From Ruminococcus albus 7 = DSM 20455 (GTDB taxonomy: Bacteria > Bacillota > Clostridia > Oscillospirales > Ruminococcaceae), in assembly GCF_000179635.2 (NCBI RefSeq), contig NC_014833.1, positions 1,380,001 to 1,412,000 of the forward strand: DNA of 32,000 bases. Reading direction: 5' to 3'. The notes below the pieces were generated by a model. It searched no databases, was not told the DNA's origin, and saw only the letters and a program-made list of their open reading frames with translations. The position numbers and the translations under genes were made by a program. This document shows positions 7,687 through 16,165 of this stretch, one piece after another (position 1 is the first letter of the stretch; each line of letters begins with the position of its first letter).

Positions 7687-9624
7687 TCATTCAAGACTTG
7701 CCCATTCGTCCATCATCTCGTCGAGCTCTGTTTTCTTAGCCTCAAGGGCGTTGCACTTCTCCGTCATCAGCTCAAAATTCGCCGCAACTTCGGGGTCTGC
7801 TATCTCGTTCTCCAGCCTGAAGATATCCACCTCAGCCTGCTCGATAAGCTCCTCCAGCTCTTTCAGACGCGCCCTGAGCTTCGCCTCCAGCTGACGCTGT
7901 TCCTTGCTGCGGTAGCTTATCTCCTTCTGCTCCCGCCTGTCCTGCTCCGCCTGAATTCGCTTCTGCTCCGCAGCCGCTTCCGCCGCCGATTTTTCAGCCG
8001 CACTTATCGCCGCCGCATACGCATCGAAATTTCCCTCGTAGCAGTTGACCTCGTCCGCCTTTACCTCGATTATCCTGTCAGCCACCTTATTAATAAGGTA
8101 TCTGTCGTGGGATACCAGTATGATAGTACCCTCAAATTCCGCCAGCACATCTTCCAGAACTTCCTTCGTGTTCAGGTCGAGATGGTTCGTCGGCTCATCA
8201 AGGATAAGCACATTTCCCCGTGTGTACGCCATTATAGCAAAACACAGCTTAGCCCTTTCGCCGCCGCTTAGTACCGATATAGGCTTGAATACGTCCTCAC
8301 CCGTCAGCAGTACCGAACCCAGTGCCTTTCTCGCCTCCGCAGGTGTCATGGCAGGGAACCTGTCAAGCATCTCATCAATTACCGTGCTTCCCATGTGCAG
8401 GATATTGTGCTCCTGCTCAAAGTAGGATATCTTCACGTTTCCGCCCCACACGATGTTTCCGCGCTCATGGGGTATGATGTTCTGTATCAGCTTCAGTATA
8501 GATGTCTTGCCGATACCGTTTGACCCGATTATAGCCGCGTGCTCGCCCCTCCTGATGTGCATATCAAGGCTGTGTATAAGGGTCTTGCGGCCATCGCCCT
8601 CACCTACCACCAGAGGACAGTCTATCACCTTCACGATGTCCTTTGTCGGCTCAATATCGTATTCCAGCTTTATCTTCGGCGGGCGGGTGAACATCAGAGG
8701 TTTCTCGATGCGCTCTATCCTGTCCAGCATATGTTGTCGTGATTTCGCCATCTTCGCTGTCGAAGCCCTCGTCTTGTTCTTGGCGATGTACTCCTCCAGC
8801 TTCTTTATCTCCTCCTGCTGTGCCTCCCACTCTTTCAGCTGACGTTCCGCGTTGTGCTTCTTCTGCACCACATAAGCCGAATATCCGCCCTTGTAAGAGG
8901 TCAGCCTGCCCAGCTCTATCTCACAGATACGGGTGCATATCTTGTTCAGGAAGTATCTGTCGTGGGATACTATCAGTATCGACCCTTTGTAGCTTTTCAG
9001 ATAGTCCTCCAGCCACATCAGCGTGGTGAAATCCAGATGGTTGGTAGGCTCGTCAAGTATCAGCAGGTCGGGACATTCCAAAAGCAGTTTCGCCAACGCC
9101 AGACGTGTCTTTTCACCGCCCGAAAGGGAAGATATCACCCTGTCACGGGGCACATCGCCAAAGCCCATACCATTGAGTATGCGGCTGATGTTCACATCTA
9201 TGCGGTAGCCGTCGTTAGCCTCAAAATACGCCGATAACTCCGAGTATTCCGCACTGACTGTCTCCAGCTCAGCCCCCGTCAGCCCTGTCATCTGCTGTTC
9301 CAGCTCGTCCATTCTCCTGCGTGCCGCCAGAAGCTTGTCAAAAGCCTTGTGAAGCTCCGCATCAATGGTGGAATCGCTTTCAAGACCGCTGTTCTGCCTT
9401 AAAAATCCGATAGTGCAGTTCTGAGATATCTCCACCGACCCCAGACCGTCATCAGTCTTGTCAAAGCCCAGACTGCCTGTGAGGATATTCAGAAGCGTAG
9501 ACTTACCGCAGCCATTCACCCCGATAAGACCGATAGTCTCCCTGTTTTCGATGACGAGGTTGATATCCTTCAAAAGCGGCTCACCATTAAAATATTTATA
9601 TAAATGCTCAATTTTAACCAGCAT
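7687..9624 (-). CDS. ABC-F family ATPase (two ABC domains plus C-terminal coiled coil)
   Basis: I prefer the ATG at 9624 (MLVKIEHLYKYF...), which has an AGGAGAAAG RBS. Walker A GVNGCGKST and GSNGIGKTS. Signatures LSGGEKTRL and LSGGERAKL. Walker B ILDEPTNHLD occurs twice. The C-terminal tail is charged and helical. No TM domain. Confidence 0.9.
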   Translation of the reverse strand: MLVKIEHLYKYFNGEPLLKDINLVIENRETIGLIGVNGCGKSTLLNILTGSLGFDKTDDGLGSVEISQNCTIGFLRQNSGLESDSTIDAELHKAFDKLLAARRRMDELEQQMTGLTGAELETVSAEYSELSAYFEANDGYRIDVNISRILNGMGFGDVPRDRVISSLSGGEKTRLALAKLLLECPDLLILDEPTNHLDFTTLMWLEDYLKSYKGSILIVSHDRYFLNKICTRICEIELGRLTSYKGGYSAYVVQKKHNAERQLKEWEAQQEEIKKLEEYIAKNKTRASTAKMAKSRQHMLDRIERIEKPLMFTRPPKIKLEYDIEPTKDIVKVIDCPLVVGEGDGRKTLIHSLDMHIRRGEHAAIIGSNGIGKTSILKLIQNIIPHERGNIVWGGNVKISYFEQEHNILHMGSTVIDEMLDRFPAMTPAEARKALGSVLLTGEDVFKPISVLSGGERAKLCFAIMAYTRGNVLILDEPTNHLDLNTKEVLEDVLAEFEGTIILVSHDRYLINKVADRIIEVKADEVNCYEGNFDAYAAAISAAEKSAAEAAAEQKRIQAEQDRREQKEISYRSKEQRQLEAKLRARLKELEELIEQAEVDIFRLENEIADPEVAANFELMTEKCNALEAKKTELDEMMDEWASLE

Positions 9625-9757
9625 AACTTTCTCCTGTAATTTTTTCCTGTTTATCCTTACGCTTAAATCAAGACCTGCACCCACGGCAGATCAGCTCTTA
9701 TCATATGTCGCACGATGTTTCGATATTCGCGTATCAGCGACATTATGCCGAGTCTGT

Positions 9758-10111
9758 TCAAAGCCCCATGATATAGCGGTTAAGCTCTTCTTCCTTATCG
9801 CAGGATATCACAGTCGGTATCCCCGCACTCCAGAGGGCTTTTGAGATCTCGTTCATCGTCGGGACAATATCCTTATATATCTCAACTTCCGCAGTAAGCT
9901 CGTAATACAGAAAACCATCGGGGTACATACGGAGTTTCTCCGCATGAAACTCATTGTTCTTCCTTATCATGATATCGAACCTGCCGAATGAACAGACCGA
10001 TAGACCGAGCTTTTTCGCTTTACCAAAATGCTTTTCGAGGATAGCGAGAACACCCTCACGGGATAAAGACGTGTGCATATAGAGCCTGCAAAACAAGAGC
10101 AACACCTCCAA
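9758..10111 (-). CDS. Hypothetical small protein (start uncertain)
   Basis: 117-aa ORF with a TTG start in the track. Possible internal starts include the ATG at 10078. I recognise no motifs. Confidence 0.4.
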   Translation of the reverse strand: MEVLLLFCRLYMHTSLSREGVLAILEKHFGKAKKLGLSVCSFGRFDIMIRKNNEFHAEKLRMYPDGFLYYELTAEVEIYKDIVPTMNEISKALWSAGIPTVISCDKEEELNRYIMGL

Positions 10112-10273
10112 GATGCAAATATGTGCATTATCCTTTTTATTATATCACAGGATATGTAAAAAGTAAAGATACCAAAAATGAATTATCTTAGATGCCTGCC
10201 AAGGAGAAGAGCCTGAGTCAAACCATTCGCGGCAGCAAACCTGAGCCCCAAACAAACTAAGCCGCGAATAGAG

Positions 10274-10473
10274 CTTTTGGTCAAGCTTTTCGCGAAAAGC
10301 TTGCGGGAGCGCGAGGGCAGAGCCCTCGCATCAAGGCGCAAAACCAAAATGCACAGCGAACTATAAGAGCACAACAAACTTCCGACCTCAAAAAAGGCGC
10401 GGCAATATCAAAAATCGAGCGTGGAAAATCAAACGTTTACGCTCTTTCTACGTCCGTAAATATTGCCGCGCCC
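10274..10473 (+). repeat. Copy A of a roughly 200-bp repeat unit (non-coding)
   Basis: It starts cttttggtcaagcttttcgcgaaaagcttgcgg and ends tattgccgcgccc. It contains the perfect 20-bp palindrome AAGCTTTTCGCGAAAAGCTT and an internal hairpin ggcgcggcaata...tattgccgcgcc. Confidence 0.75.
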
Positions 10474-10707
10474 GCCGTCAAACAGCGTAAGCGTCTTTGA
10501 CGGCTCGACCCGACGTAGGAGGGGCGAAACCTCGCAAAGCTACGTTCCAAAACCAAATCATCGACTAGCCCAACAAACCACGATCTATATTATAAGACAG
10601 CTATCTGTTTCCGAACTGCAAGAGTGCGGCACTCTTGCCCTAAGTACTGCGCTATCAGGTCGCCCCTGACGGGTCGAGAAATCAATGAGCGTACCGCCGT
10701 TGATTTC

Positions 10708-10916
10708 GGGCGCGGCAATCATTTACGCAAATAGTTTGTGCGGGGCTTTAGTTTTGTCCACGCTTGGAATGTCTTTATTGCCGCGCCTATTTTTGACAGA
10801 GCGGTTTGTTTGCTGTTCTATTTATAGCTTTGTTGCCACGTCGCTTTTGCACCTTGAGTTGAGGGCTCTGCCTCTCGAGCTCTCCGCAAGCTTTTCGCGA
10901 AAAGCTTGACCAAAAG
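10708..10916 (-). repeat. Copy B of the same repeat unit, inverted relative to copy A
   Basis: The reverse complement aligns with copy A end to end: same palindrome, ggcagagccctc, ggcgcggcaata and attgccgcgccc blocks. The copies are diverged; I estimate about three quarters identical by eye. Confidence 0.75.
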
Positions 10917-10983
10917 GATTGCGCTCATATAGAAGTTTTATTAAAACAACTATAAACAATAACTTTACAGCAGGCTATGAAAC

Positions 10984-11022
10984 AAAACAGGCAGATACTT
11001 CGATGAGGTATCTGCCTGTTTT
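10984..11022 (-). terminator. Strong bidirectional-looking terminator after the UvrD-like helicase gene
   Basis: 15-bp stem aaaacaggcagatac (10984-10998) / gtatctgcctgtttt (11008-11022). There are A- and T-runs on both sides. It starts 16 nt after the stop at 11038. Confidence 0.8.
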
Positions 11023-11037
11023 CTATTTTAGTTTCAT

Positions 11038-12945
11038 TTATCTCAAATCTTTAATAACCCAGTCGTTACTGAATACGTCCTTACTTTTTTCATAAGTTTC
11101 AGACTGCATTGCTACACAAAGTAATTTTTTGGGTCTGCTCATGCCAACATATGCGAGTTTGCGGCTATAATCAAATAGAGGTGATTTTCCAAGACTTCCA
11201 GCACCAAAATAAGGAAGAATCCTGTTCAAGTCAGTTGAACGTTGTCTGGATGTTTCAAGATAAAGTGTTGCATCATGTGTTTCACCTTTTACTGCGTGAA
11301 TGGTATCAAATACAATCCTTCGACCTCTAATTGGATCAATAAACACATTTTTCTCAGGCCTATCTGCCCGACTTGCAACACTCGATTCATCAAGAAAGAA
11401 ATCTGGAAGTATAGTGAATATATCAGCTATGGTTGGATCGCTGATTCTTAGCAATTCTTTAAGCTTTCGCCGTAACATCCAATCTACGGTTTGTCTATCG
11501 AAGCATTTTAATGTCGACATCTCATAAATCCAAGAGCGATATAAATCTCTATACTGTTCTTCAAGGAACCTTTTTAATGCAACAGTAGTAAATTCTTTGC
11601 CAGATGCTGGATTCACTTTTTTAATATAGTGAAATATACGACATAACAACTTACGAATGATTTGCTCTGCCTTATAAAGCTTGCCGTTCTCTAATACCTG
11701 TGTTAATTCTTCTACTGAAATCCAATAGTTATATTCACTTTTCTTATTAGAACTATCAAATTCTGGAAAATAGCTACCGATTTTAAGTCCAGCAGTACTT
11801 TCGCTTTTTATTGCACCAATTGCCTTGTATACGCCGTTTCTATCATTCAAATTGTGAGCTTCTAATTCAGAAATAAAACTTACAATAACTCGGTCAATAT
11901 TCTCAGGAGAAAAAACAAGTAATACTGGTTTAACTCCTGTTTCTCCAGTAAACGTCACTATACTTTTTTCTTTCTTCTTTAGTTTGCAAATTACATTAGC
12001 AATTTCCTGACTAAATCTGCAAGAGGTCATAATGGGCAAGTAATCATCCTGTGGGATCCAATCAGTTGTTGTATCTTCAGATTGGTTATATATAGCTTGA
12101 TCAGAATCACCAATTTTGAAAATCGCACATTTTGTTGAGTCAAAAATAGCGTTTATAGCTTGCCTTTGAATATCATTACAATCTTGATACTCATCTATGA
12201 AAACGTATTGAAATCGTGATGAAAATATATCTGTATACGATTGGGATAAATCATCAATAGCAGCCTTTGCAAACGAATAGGCATCCTGATACCTTATTAT
12301 CCCTTCGTTTTTTAGAAGATCAACTAATAATTCTGAATATTGCTCTGTGGAAGGCTTTCCTGCACAAGCCAATGCGTTTTTCTGTCGTTCTATACAAAGG
12401 GCACCATCATCTCGTAAATATAAAGCCTGCGTATGACTGATACGATCAGAAAACTGTCTGCCAGTTTGGTAATTATTTTCAGTTAGATAATTCAGTTTGC
12501 TATACTTTCTATTATTCAGCATTTTATTAAGCATATGCTGTGCATAGGTCATACTATCAACCACTTGAACGCTTTGCCCGAAAGTATTGCGTATATAAGG
12601 CATAGTCACAAATCTATCAATAAATGACTGAATCGTCCCAACATAATTAGGATAGCTGAGAATCTTATCTGAATAATCAGAGAGTTTTCTTTTGATTTCA
12701 TTTACAGCAACATTTGTATGGGAAAGCACACAAATTCCAGCACCGTTTTCAAAAGGAATTCTATCAGCTAACAGTTTTAACTTAGCGAGAAGAACGGTAG
12801 TTTTTCCGCTGCCAGGACAGGCGGCTACATCAGTTGAATGCCAACACCGGATGACTTTTCTTGCATCATCTGAAAAATGTGTCTCCTGTGGCAGAAGAAG
12901 TTCTTCAGTTGATTCGATATCCTTATCGGAAATTATCCATTCCAA
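11038..12945 (-). CDS. UvrD/PcrA/Rep-like SF1 helicase, partner of the OLD-family nuclease (GajB-like)
   Basis: 635 aa. TTG start with GGGAGGG RBS 7 nt upstream, 15 nt after the OLD gene stop. Walker A ACPGSGKTT. Motif II VFIDEYQDCN. C-terminal HAVKGETHDA and YVGMSRPKKLL. The gene is AT-rich. Confidence 0.85.
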   Translation of the reverse strand: MEWIISDKDIESTEELLLPQETHFSDDARKVIRCWHSTDVAACPGSGKTTVLLAKLKLLADRIPFENGAGICVLSHTNVAVNEIKRKLSDYSDKILSYPNYVGTIQSFIDRFVTMPYIRNTFGQSVQVVDSMTYAQHMLNKMLNNRKYSKLNYLTENNYQTGRQFSDRISHTQALYLRDDGALCIERQKNALACAGKPSTEQYSELLVDLLKNEGIIRYQDAYSFAKAAIDDLSQSYTDIFSSRFQYVFIDEYQDCNDIQRQAINAIFDSTKCAIFKIGDSDQAIYNQSEDTTTDWIPQDDYLPIMTSCRFSQEIANVICKLKKKEKSIVTFTGETGVKPVLLVFSPENIDRVIVSFISELEAHNLNDRNGVYKAIGAIKSESTAGLKIGSYFPEFDSSNKKSEYNYWISVEELTQVLENGKLYKAEQIIRKLLCRIFHYIKKVNPASGKEFTTVALKRFLEEQYRDLYRSWIYEMSTLKCFDRQTVDWMLRRKLKELLRISDPTIADIFTILPDFFLDESSVASRADRPEKNVFIDPIRGRRIVFDTIHAVKGETHDATLYLETSRQRSTDLNRILPYFGAGSLGKSPLFDYSRKLAYVGMSRPKKLLCVAMQSETYEKSKDVFSNDWVIKDLR

Positions 12946-13674
12946 CGTAGAACCCTCCCTTTATATTTTCTCTCCCGCAGCATACTTGATAGCATTTACA
13001 ATATAGCGCAAATACTGATCTTTTTCAATTTGTGTATTAAGTTCAGCTTTCTTTGCCTCATCTGTTTTGAACCCATATAAGTCGAGGTCAAACATTTTTT
13101 CTTGTGTTACTCCTTCTGGTATTTTAGATGTTCTCCATCTTAACGCCGAAGCCAGACATTGAGCAACTATCGCTTTAAGGCTACTTTTCCCATCACCGTT
13201 AAGCATTAAATCATAAATTCGATATGCACGTTCGGCATCAGATAAACTTTCCCATAGCTGTGCTTCTGTTTCAGCATCTTTATTTGCTTCACCTATTTTT
13301 GCATCAGTCAGTGAAATATACTCTCGAGCATTCAGAATCTTCATGCCATAATGAACTGCCTTATGAAAATCTTTTGAAAGACAGCTCAAAGCAATACAAT
13401 ACTCTAATGTCCATCGAGGTGAAGTGAAGCCACGAACGGCTCCATTTGTGTATTTTTCATTTTTCTTTTCTTGTGCTTCTGTAGATTCTTTCACTTTCTC
13501 ATTAAATGTTTTTTCCTCGGTAGAAGAATCAACATCATATGGCTTTACGTCACAATCTGTTATTACTGAAACAGGTATACCAATATCGTTTCCGTCCTGC
13601 CGAACCATAATCCCACTATATCTAAGAAAAGCTGTGCTTCCAACATTAACAATAGAAATTCCGTATTTTTCTAA

Positions 13675-14780
13675 GGCAACACCGCACAACTTGCGCAGCA
13701 GCCCAAAAAATGATATAATAAAAGTATGAAAAGCAATCTTCAAACCTCACTCTTCGGCGATGCCTTCCAGAGTGCAAAGACCAACAAAAAACAGTTCCTT
13801 GAGAAAATGGATTCTCTGATCCCTTGGCAAGACTGGGTTTCTATAATATCTCCGATTTATTATGAAGGGAAAGTCGGACAGAAGCCATACCCAATCGAGC
13901 TGATGCTCAGGATCCATATTCTCCAGAATTTCTATGACCTCGCAGATATGGCCGTTATGTATGAGATACTCGACAGCCGCTCTTTCTCTGATTTCTGCGG
14001 CGTATCATCTCCCGATGATGTTCCCAACGGCGATACTATCGGCCGATTCAGACAGCTGCTTATCGACAACAATATCCAAGAGCAGATATTCGCGCAGGTC
14101 ATCAGCATCCTGGATAAGAATCATCTCATCCTGAAGAAAGGTACTATCGTCGATTCGACACTTATTGCCGCGCCCTCCTCCACAAAAAATGCTGACAGGC
14201 AGCGCGACCCCGATGCGCATTCTGTCAAGAAAGGCAATCAATGGTATTTCGGATACAAGGCGCATATCGGTGTCGATAAGGACACCGGCCTTGTTCACCA
14301 CGTCAAGGCGACCGCTGCAAATGTACACGATACGGAAGCCGTCGATGACGTGATCGATGGCGATGAAGATGAAATATACGGAGATTCGGGATATCTGAAT
14401 GTTGAGGAGCATATATCGGAGGAAAAGCAAAAAGAGGGGCGGGAGTATCACATCAACCGCCGGCGCGGTGCAAAGAAGAAACTGGAGCCTAATGATCAGT
14501 TGGTTTTTGAGATAGAAGAGTTTGCGAAGTCCACAGTACGTTCAAAGGTCGAGCACGTTTTCGGAGTTGTGAAGCGACTGTTCCGATTCCGACGAACGCG
14601 GTACCGTGGCTTGCGAAAACAACAAGCCAAATTTAATATGATATTCGCGCTGGCGAATCTTTATCTGGCTGACAAGAAAAACTTGCTGGCTTGATAAAGT
14701 GCGCCCTGCGAACAGGATCTTGGGCAGGCATATCTGTTTGGGGTATGTCTTGCTTTAGAGGTCATTTGTGCGGTGTTGCC
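13675..14780 (+). mobile_element. IS5-family insertion sequence (1106 bp)
   Basis: Terminal inverted repeats are GGCAACACCGCACAA (13675-13689) and TTGTGCGGTGTTGCC (14766-14780). They are flanked by the direct 4-bp duplication CTAA (13671-13674 and 14781-14784), which fits the IS5 YTAR target. There is a single transposase ORF. Confidence 0.92.
13726..14694 (+). CDS. IS5-family DDE transposase
   Basis: 322 aa. It aligns along its length with my memory of E. coli IS5 transposase: PYPIELMLRIHILQNFYDL, GTIVDSTLIAAPSSTKN, RDPDAHSVKKGNQWYFGYKAHIGVD, RSKVEHVFGVVKRLF. Confidence 0.92.
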   Translation: MKSNLQTSLFGDAFQSAKTNKKQFLEKMDSLIPWQDWVSIISPIYYEGKVGQKPYPIELMLRIHILQNFYDLADMAVMYEILDSRSFSDFCGVSSPDDVPNGDTIGRFRQLLIDNNIQEQIFAQVISILDKNHLILKKGTIVDSTLIAAPSSTKNADRQRDPDAHSVKKGNQWYFGYKAHIGVDKDTGLVHHVKATAANVHDTEAVDDVIDGDEDEIYGDSGYLNVEEHISEEKQKEGREYHINRRRGAKKKLEPNDQLVFEIEEFAKSTVRSKVEHVFGVVKRLFRFRRTRYRGLRKQQAKFNMIFALANLYLADKKNLLA

Positions 14781-16074
14781 CTAAGGGATATCCAATTATA
14801 TCAGCGATTACAGGAATTAATATGTTTTCCGCATCACCTTCGACCATTATGATACCCTTTGCAAAAAACAGATTGGCTTTTGTTGAATCAAGAAAACGTT
14901 GAAGAAATAGGTAATCACCTTTTTGCAAACCTGTTTTTCCCTCAGCCAAATCGTACCCACAACCGCTTTTCATTAAGATTAAGTTTTTTAAATTGATTTT
15001 TGATGCCAAAATCGGACTGTGTGTAGATATTATAATTTGGACATCATTTTCGTTATACTCGTTCTGAAGATAGTTAATCAACCTAAGTTGCGCTTGCGGG
15101 TGTAAATGAGCTTCCAATTCTTCGATCAGAGCCAGTTTCAATCCACCGTCAGTGTCATCTTTAAGAAGTAATAGTTCTGCTGCAATGAACAACAGATTTA
15201 ATTCTCCTAATCCCGGGTTAATCTCAGGGGCATTCAATGACAGTGATTCCAGGATAGCTTTGAGCTGAATATCGGATGTTTTCAATTCTGCATTGCTTGC
15301 CTGACCTTGATCATTAAAAGACGCTAAGTTGTCTCGAATCGCTTGAAGAATATGTTTTCCATCGGCATCATCAGTAAAATACTCCTCAATTTTTTTGTTT
15401 GCGTCTTGAAAAATGTCAAGAACTGCGTGTTCCTTCTTATCTTTGAAAACGGGATGATTAAGCAGTATTTGCGAAATTCTGGAACCACGTCCAGAACTCA
15501 TTTCGCGTTCTGCATCACGAAGTGGTTTCAAATAAACTGCTTTCAATAACTCTCTTGCTTTTCCGTCAATAGAAATACCATCATCTATATCACCTACGCG
15601 CAATTCTTGATAAATTCTGTGTCCGTCTTTCCATGCACGATAATGAAGTTGAAGTGTATATTCGACCTTATCTCCATCTTTTTTGAAGTTTAAATATTCG
15701 ATGAAGTTTTTGGCTTCATTCTGCGTGAATTCAGAAAGCGTACAATCGATTTTGAATTCAGAACACGCATTTCCATCGGCTGATCTATAAAAATCTTCAT
15801 CTACTGGCTTGATATATTCATTACTTTGCGTTAGCAAAACTAATTTTAACGCATCAATCACAGCCGTTTTTCCGGAATCATTCTCACCAATCAGCGCATT
15901 TAGCCCCTTATGAAAGGTGATTTGCAGACCAGGTGCTCCATCCACGGATTGGAAACGACGAAAATTATACACCTTTAACTCAGATATAATCATTTTTTCA
16001 CGCTCACTTCCGAAAATTTATAAAGTATAGTAATCCTTCTTATGTTTCAAAATTGTGATTAAAAACCTGTTATT

Positions 16075-16103
16075 ATGTTAGCACCTATTTTGAAAAATGT
16101 CAA
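16075..16103 (-). promoter_or_regulatory. Sigma-A-type promoter for the OLD/UvrD operon
   Basis: On the minus strand: TTGACA (16098-16103), 17-nt spacer, TGcTAACAT (-10 at 16075-16080). It sits between the methyltransferase terminator and the OLD ATG at 15993. Confidence 0.5.
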
Positions 16104-16116
16104 TAGCAGTCAAATG

Positions 16117-16155
16117 AAAGGACAGATACTTCCACAAGAGAAGCAGCTGTCCTTT
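16117..16155 (-). terminator. Hairpin terminator after the methyltransferase gene
   Basis: aaaggacag (16117-16125) / ctgtccttt (16147-16155), with inner cttc/gaag pairing. It starts 10 nt after the stop at 16166. The U-tract on the minus strand is only moderate (TTTCATTTG). Confidence 0.45.
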
Positions 16156-16165
16156 TTACGTCATA

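Larger units (their letters stand above)
12961..15993 (-). pseudogene. OLD-family ABC-ATPase-Toprim nuclease (class-2 OLD / GajA-like), interrupted by an IS5-family element
   Basis: N-terminal fragment 14781..15993: Walker A GENDSGKTAVIDAL, Walker B/D-loop LALIEELEAHLHP, Toprim Glu MVEGDAENILIP. C-terminal fragment 12961..13674: Toprim DxD VSVITDCD. Removing 13675-14784 restores ...IADIIGYPL-EKYGISIVNVGSTAF... in frame, giving a 640-aa protein. Confidence 0.9.

Noticed and set aside
7113-7694. 193-aa minus-strand ORF overlapping the lipoprotein gene
   Set aside because: It is low-complexity Ser-rich antisense shadow of the Ser/Glu-rich lipoprotein CDS. It has no RBS, and the plus-strand ORF has a textbook signal peptide and lipobox.
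10183-10909. Three 64-74-aa ORFs, and the idea of a CRISPR array, in the repeat block
   Set aside because: The ORFs follow the repeat copies and lack RBSs. The repeats are inverted rather than direct, about 200 bp long and diverged, with no regular repeat-spacer periodicity and no cas genes. So it is not a CRISPR array.
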